This document shows positions 60,136 to 64,000 of a DNA stretch of 64,000 bases, one piece after another. The stretch is from Mustelus asterias (lineage: Eukaryota). Every line of letters starts with the position of its first letter. The first letter of the stretch is position 1. Under the pieces are notes generated by a model. It saw only the letters and a list, made by a program, of their open reading frames with translations. It had not been told where the DNA came from and did not search any database. The stretch is taken from NCBI RefSeq assembly GCF_964213995.1, contig NC_135803.1, forward strand, positions 121,086,001 through 121,150,000. The letters run 5' to 3'. A program made the translations under genes and the position numbers.

Positions 60136-60171
60136 CCACTAGCTTTCGGAGCGCTGCTCCTTCGTCAGGTG
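60136..60171 (-). ncRNA. Minimal type I hammerhead ribozyme motif (mirror copy)
   Basis: Exact reverse complement of 60259-60294. Confidence 0.7.
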
Positions 60172-60258
60172 AGTGGGAGATCTGCTCATAAACAGTCAGG
60201 TGAGTGGGAGATCTGCTCATTAACAGGATATATCCTGTTAATGAGCAGATCTCCCACT

Positions 60259-60293
60259 CACCTGACGAAGGAGCAGCGCTCCGAAAGCTAGTG
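60259..60293 (+). ncRNA. Minimal type I hammerhead ribozyme motif
   Basis: CAC-CUGACGA-A-GGAGC(AGC)GCUCC-GAAA-GC-UA-GUG: stem I CAC/GUG, 5-bp stem II, palindromic AGCU helix III. Confidence 0.72.
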
Positions 60294-60544
60294 GCGTTTG
60301 CTACCAAATAAACCTGTTGGACTTTAACCTGATGTTGTTAGACTCCTTATCAAAATGAGACTCAGACACCTTGGGGTGGCAGTTGGCTGGATCGCTGGTG
60401 TGGTTCAGATTGGTGTCAACAGCATGAGGTTGATCTATGTTCTGGTTGGGGTGTGTTCGGGACCTGCCTCCTTGCCCCATCCATGGTGAAGGTTGTGGCA
60501 TTGTGGCGTGGACCTGCCTGCGGGCAGATAATTCAAGAAGGAGA

Positions 60545-60905
60545 ATTAATGGTCTGAGGACATAAATTCAAATTCCACATGCAGCTGGGTGATTTAAATT
60601 CAGGAAATTAAATAAATCTGTTATAAAAAGCTAGTATCATTAATAATGGCCATAGCACTTACTCATTGTCATTAAAAAAAATGCTTATCCTTGCGCTAAT
60701 GCACTATAAATCAGGAAATCAGCGGTCCTTGCTTGGTCTGGCCTATATATAACTCCAGGGCCACAGCAATGTGGTTGATCTTAACTGCTCTCTGAAATCA
60801 TTAATTCAGTTGTATTCAAAAAGGTGACTCACCACCATCTTCTCAAGGGTAATGAGAGATGGGCAATAAATTAAGGTTTTGCCAGCAATGCTCACAATTC
60901 ATGGA
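60545..60905 (+). mobile_element. Old SINE-like repeat
   Basis: ggcaataaa...ttgccagc 3' end shared in reverse with 2945-3030; middle shared in reverse with 5060-5140. Confidence 0.45.
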
Positions 60906-61325
60906 TTTGTTTTTTAAATTGAGATGAAAAATAGGATTTTTAACCTTCGCAACCCTGGTGAGGTCATTGAATTTTCCACTGCATGGCAGCCATACCCTGG
61001 AAGCTAAGCTCCTAGCATTGGCCACCACAACAATATCTTACCAATGACAATGGAAATGTTGCCTAGAGGTCTTTTTGCTTTCAAAGAGGTCTTGTAGACA
61101 ATAAATACAAGTCAAAGGTAGATCACAATGTTAAGCAAGGAATAAAAGTTGGGCATAATTGTTGAGTAAGCATTGAAAATATCATACATACAACAAAAAC
61201 AGAAAATGCTGGAAAATCTCAGCAGGTCTGACAGCATCTATGAACTACTACAATCCAGCATTTGCTGTTTTTGTCTCAGATTCTAGCATCTGCAGTAATT
61301 TACTTTTATCTTTTTTGAAAATTTT

Positions 61326-62700
61326 TGATTTTGATTGGATTTATTATTGTCACATGTATTAGTATACCATAAAAATTATTGTTTCTTGTGCGCTATACAG
61401 ACAACGCATACCATTCATAGAGAAGGAAAGGAGAGAGTGCAGAATGTAGTGTTACAGTCATAGCTGGGGTGTAGAGAAAGATCAACTTAATGCGAGGAGG
61501 TCCATTCAAAAGTCTGATGGCAGCAGGGAACAAACTGTTCTTGAGTTGGTTGGTACATGCCATCAGACTTTATATCTTTTTGATTTGATTTGATTTGATT
61601 TGGTTTATTATTGTCACATGTATTAACATACAGTGAAAAAAATTGTTTCTTGCGCGCTATACAGACAAAACATACCGTTCATAGAGAAGGAAATGAGAGA
61701 GTGCAGAATGGAGTGCTATAGTCATACCTAGGGTGTAGAGAAAGATCAACTTAATGCAAGGTAAGTCCATTCAAAAGTCTGACAGCAGCAGGGAAGAAGC
61801 TGTTCTTGAGTCGGTTGGTACGTGATCTCAGACTTTTGTATCTTTTTCACAACGGAGGAAGGTGGGGGAGAGAATGTCTGGGGTGCTTGGGGTCCTTAAT
61901 TATGCTGGCTGCTTTTCCGAGGCAGCGGAAAGTATAGACAGTGTCAATGGCTGGAAGGCTGGTTTGTGTGATGGATTGGGCTTCATTTACTACCCTTTGT
62001 AGTTTCTTGCGGTCTTGGGCAGAGCAAGAGCCATACCAAGCTGTGATACAACCAGAAAGATTGCTTTCTGTGGTGCATCTGTAAAAGTTGGTGAGAGGCA
62101 TAGTGGACATGCCAAATTTCCTTAGTCATCTGAGAAAATAGAGGCGTTGGTGGGCTTTCTTAATTGTAGTGTCAGCATGGGGGGGCCAGGACAGGTTATT
62201 GATGATCTGGACACCTAAAAACTTGAAGCACTTGACCATTTCTACTTCATCCCCATTGATGTAGACAAGGGCATGTTCTCCACTACGTTTCCTGAAGTCA
62301 ATGACTACCTCCATCGTTTTGTTGACATTGAGGGAGAGATTATTGTCATCGCACCAGTTCACCAGATTCTCTATCTCATTCCTGTACTCTGTCTCGTCAT
62401 TGTTTGAGATCCGACCCACTGCAGTGGTGTCATCAGCAAACTCGAAAATCAAGTTGAAGGGGAATTTGGCCTCACAGTCATAGATGTATAAGAAGTATAG
62501 TATGGGGCTGAGGATACAGGCTTGTGGGACACCAGTGTTGAGGATAATCGTGGAGGAGGCGTTGTTGCCTCTCCTTACTAATTGCAGTCTGTGGGTTAGG
62601 AAGTTCAGGATCCAGTTGCAGAGGGAGGAGCCGAGCCCCAGGCCATGGAGTTTGGAGATGGGTTTCATAGGAATAATGGTGTTGAAGGCTGACCTGTAGT
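61326..62700 (-). mobile_element. Rex1/Babar-like LINE with tandemly duplicated 3' end
   Basis: [24 protein letters not shown]; (gattt)n tails at 61326 and 61581. Confidence 0.9.
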
Positions 62701-62991
62701 TAATAAATTAGTGTTATGATAGTTCTCAGCAGTAATTGCTAAAGTGCCACGATGTACAATGGGGAAACTCATCGCATATTGGGTTATCAATTTGCTTGCA
62801 AGTGCAACTCAGCACTTCTAGTCATTTGTCATTTTACTTCTTTATCCCAATCTGACTTTTACCCATCTATCTTTGGACAGCTTCAGTGAAGCTCAATGTA
62901 ATCACACCGACCCTTACTGCTGGAAGTCTGGTTGTTTGCCTGCATTGTCTACCTTGCGATTTTTGTGGTGAACATATCAGAATGAAACTTA

Positions 62992-63770
62992 TTACATAGA
63001 AATCTAGAAAATAAAAGCAGGGATAGGCCATTCAGTCCTTCAAGCCTGCTCTGCCATTCATTTTGATTATGGTTGATCATCAAATTCAATATTCTGATCC
63101 TGCCTTCTCCCCATATCCCTTGATCTCTTTAGCCCCAAGAGCTATATTTAATTTCTTCTTGAAATCACACAATATTTTATCCACAACTACTTTCTGTGGT
63201 AGTGAATTCCACACATTCACCACTCTCTGGGTGAAGAAATTTCTCCTCACCTCAGTCCTAAAATGTTTACCTCTTATCCTCAAACTATAACCCCTAGTTC
63301 TGGACTCCCCCACCATCGGGAACATTCTTTCTGAATCTGCCCTGTCTAATCCCGTTAGAATTTTATAAGTCTCTATGAGATCCCCTCTCACTCTTCTAAA
63401 CTCCATTAAATATAATCCTAACCAACTTAGTCTCTCCTCATTTAACAAACCTGTCATCCCAGAAATCAGTCTGGTAAACGTTTGCTGCACTCCCTCTATA
63501 GCAAGGACATCCTTCCTTAGATAAGGACACCAAAACTGCACACAATACTCCAGGTGTGGCCTCACAATGCCCTGCAAAATTGCATCTCTATTCCTATATT
63601 TAAATCCTCTCGTTATGAAGGCCAACATACTATTTGCCTTCTTCATTGCTTGCTGTACCTGCGCACTTACTTTCAGTGACTGATGCACAAAGATGCCAAG
63701 GTCTCGCTCAGTATCCATCTCTCTCAATTTACAGTCATTCAAATAATAATCTGTCTTCCCATTATTGCTA
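62992..63770 (-). mobile_element. CR1 3' fragment
   Basis: ERDLGIFVHQSLK...HLEYCVQFW...FFTQRVVNVWN. Confidence 0.92.
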
Positions 63771-63774
63771 CCGA

Positions 63775-64000
63775 CAGTGTCAGGAAGGTGGTGGGAATCT
63801 GGAACTCGCTGTCTGAAAGGGTGGTAGAGGCAAAAATCCTCACATTATATAAGAAGCATTTAGATGAGCACGTGAAACACCATAGCACTCAAGGCTATGA
63901 ACCAATTACTGGAAATGGGATTAGAATAGATAGGTGCTTGCTGGCCGGCACAGACATGATGGGCCAAAGGGCCTCTTTCTGCACAGTAGAACTGTATGAT
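63775..64000 (+). mobile_element. CR1 3' fragment
   Basis: ggtggtgggaatctggaactcgctgtctgaaagggtggtagaggc...gggccaaagggcct. Confidence 0.8.

Larger units (their letters stand above)
60038..60350. mobile_element. Penelope-like fold-back insertion (family 1) with intact hammerhead motif on both strands
   Basis: Loopless palindrome centre taacaggata|tatcctgtta at 60221-60240; TSD caaaatgaga at 60028-60037 and 60351-60360. Confidence 0.9.

Noticed and set aside
62992-64000. Twin-priming inversion of a single CR1
   Set aside because: Both pieces are 3' ends with different UTR sequences, so they are two independent insertions.

Overview
Vertebrate nuclear DNA, almost certainly from a shark or ray, judged by the many HE1-type V-SINEs and CR1/HER1-like LINEs. 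It is repeat-rich intergenic or intronic sequence with no recognisable host protein-coding gene. The only long intact ORFs belong to CR1 retrotransposons: one apparently full-length copy (19445-23938, minus) with a zinc-finger/esterase ORF1, an endonuclease-RT ORF2 and a higher-order tandem array at its 5' end, and one 5'-truncated copy with an intact RT (11807-13495). Also present are decayed CR1, Rex1/Babar, Tx1/L1, Gypsy (one Gmr1-like with a tRNA-Ala PBS) and Harbinger remnants, three solo LTRs, MITEs and three SINE families. Two observations stand out. (1) Short fold-back insertions with 10-13 bp TSDs carry a minimal hammerhead-ribozyme motif, on both strands in the best copies, and look like Penelope-like pseudo-LTR derivatives. 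(2) An in-frame UUUAAAC slippery heptamer, a 6-nt spacer and a G-tract sit at the CR1 ORF1/ORF2 junction. All family assignments come from motif recognition by eye, not database searches.
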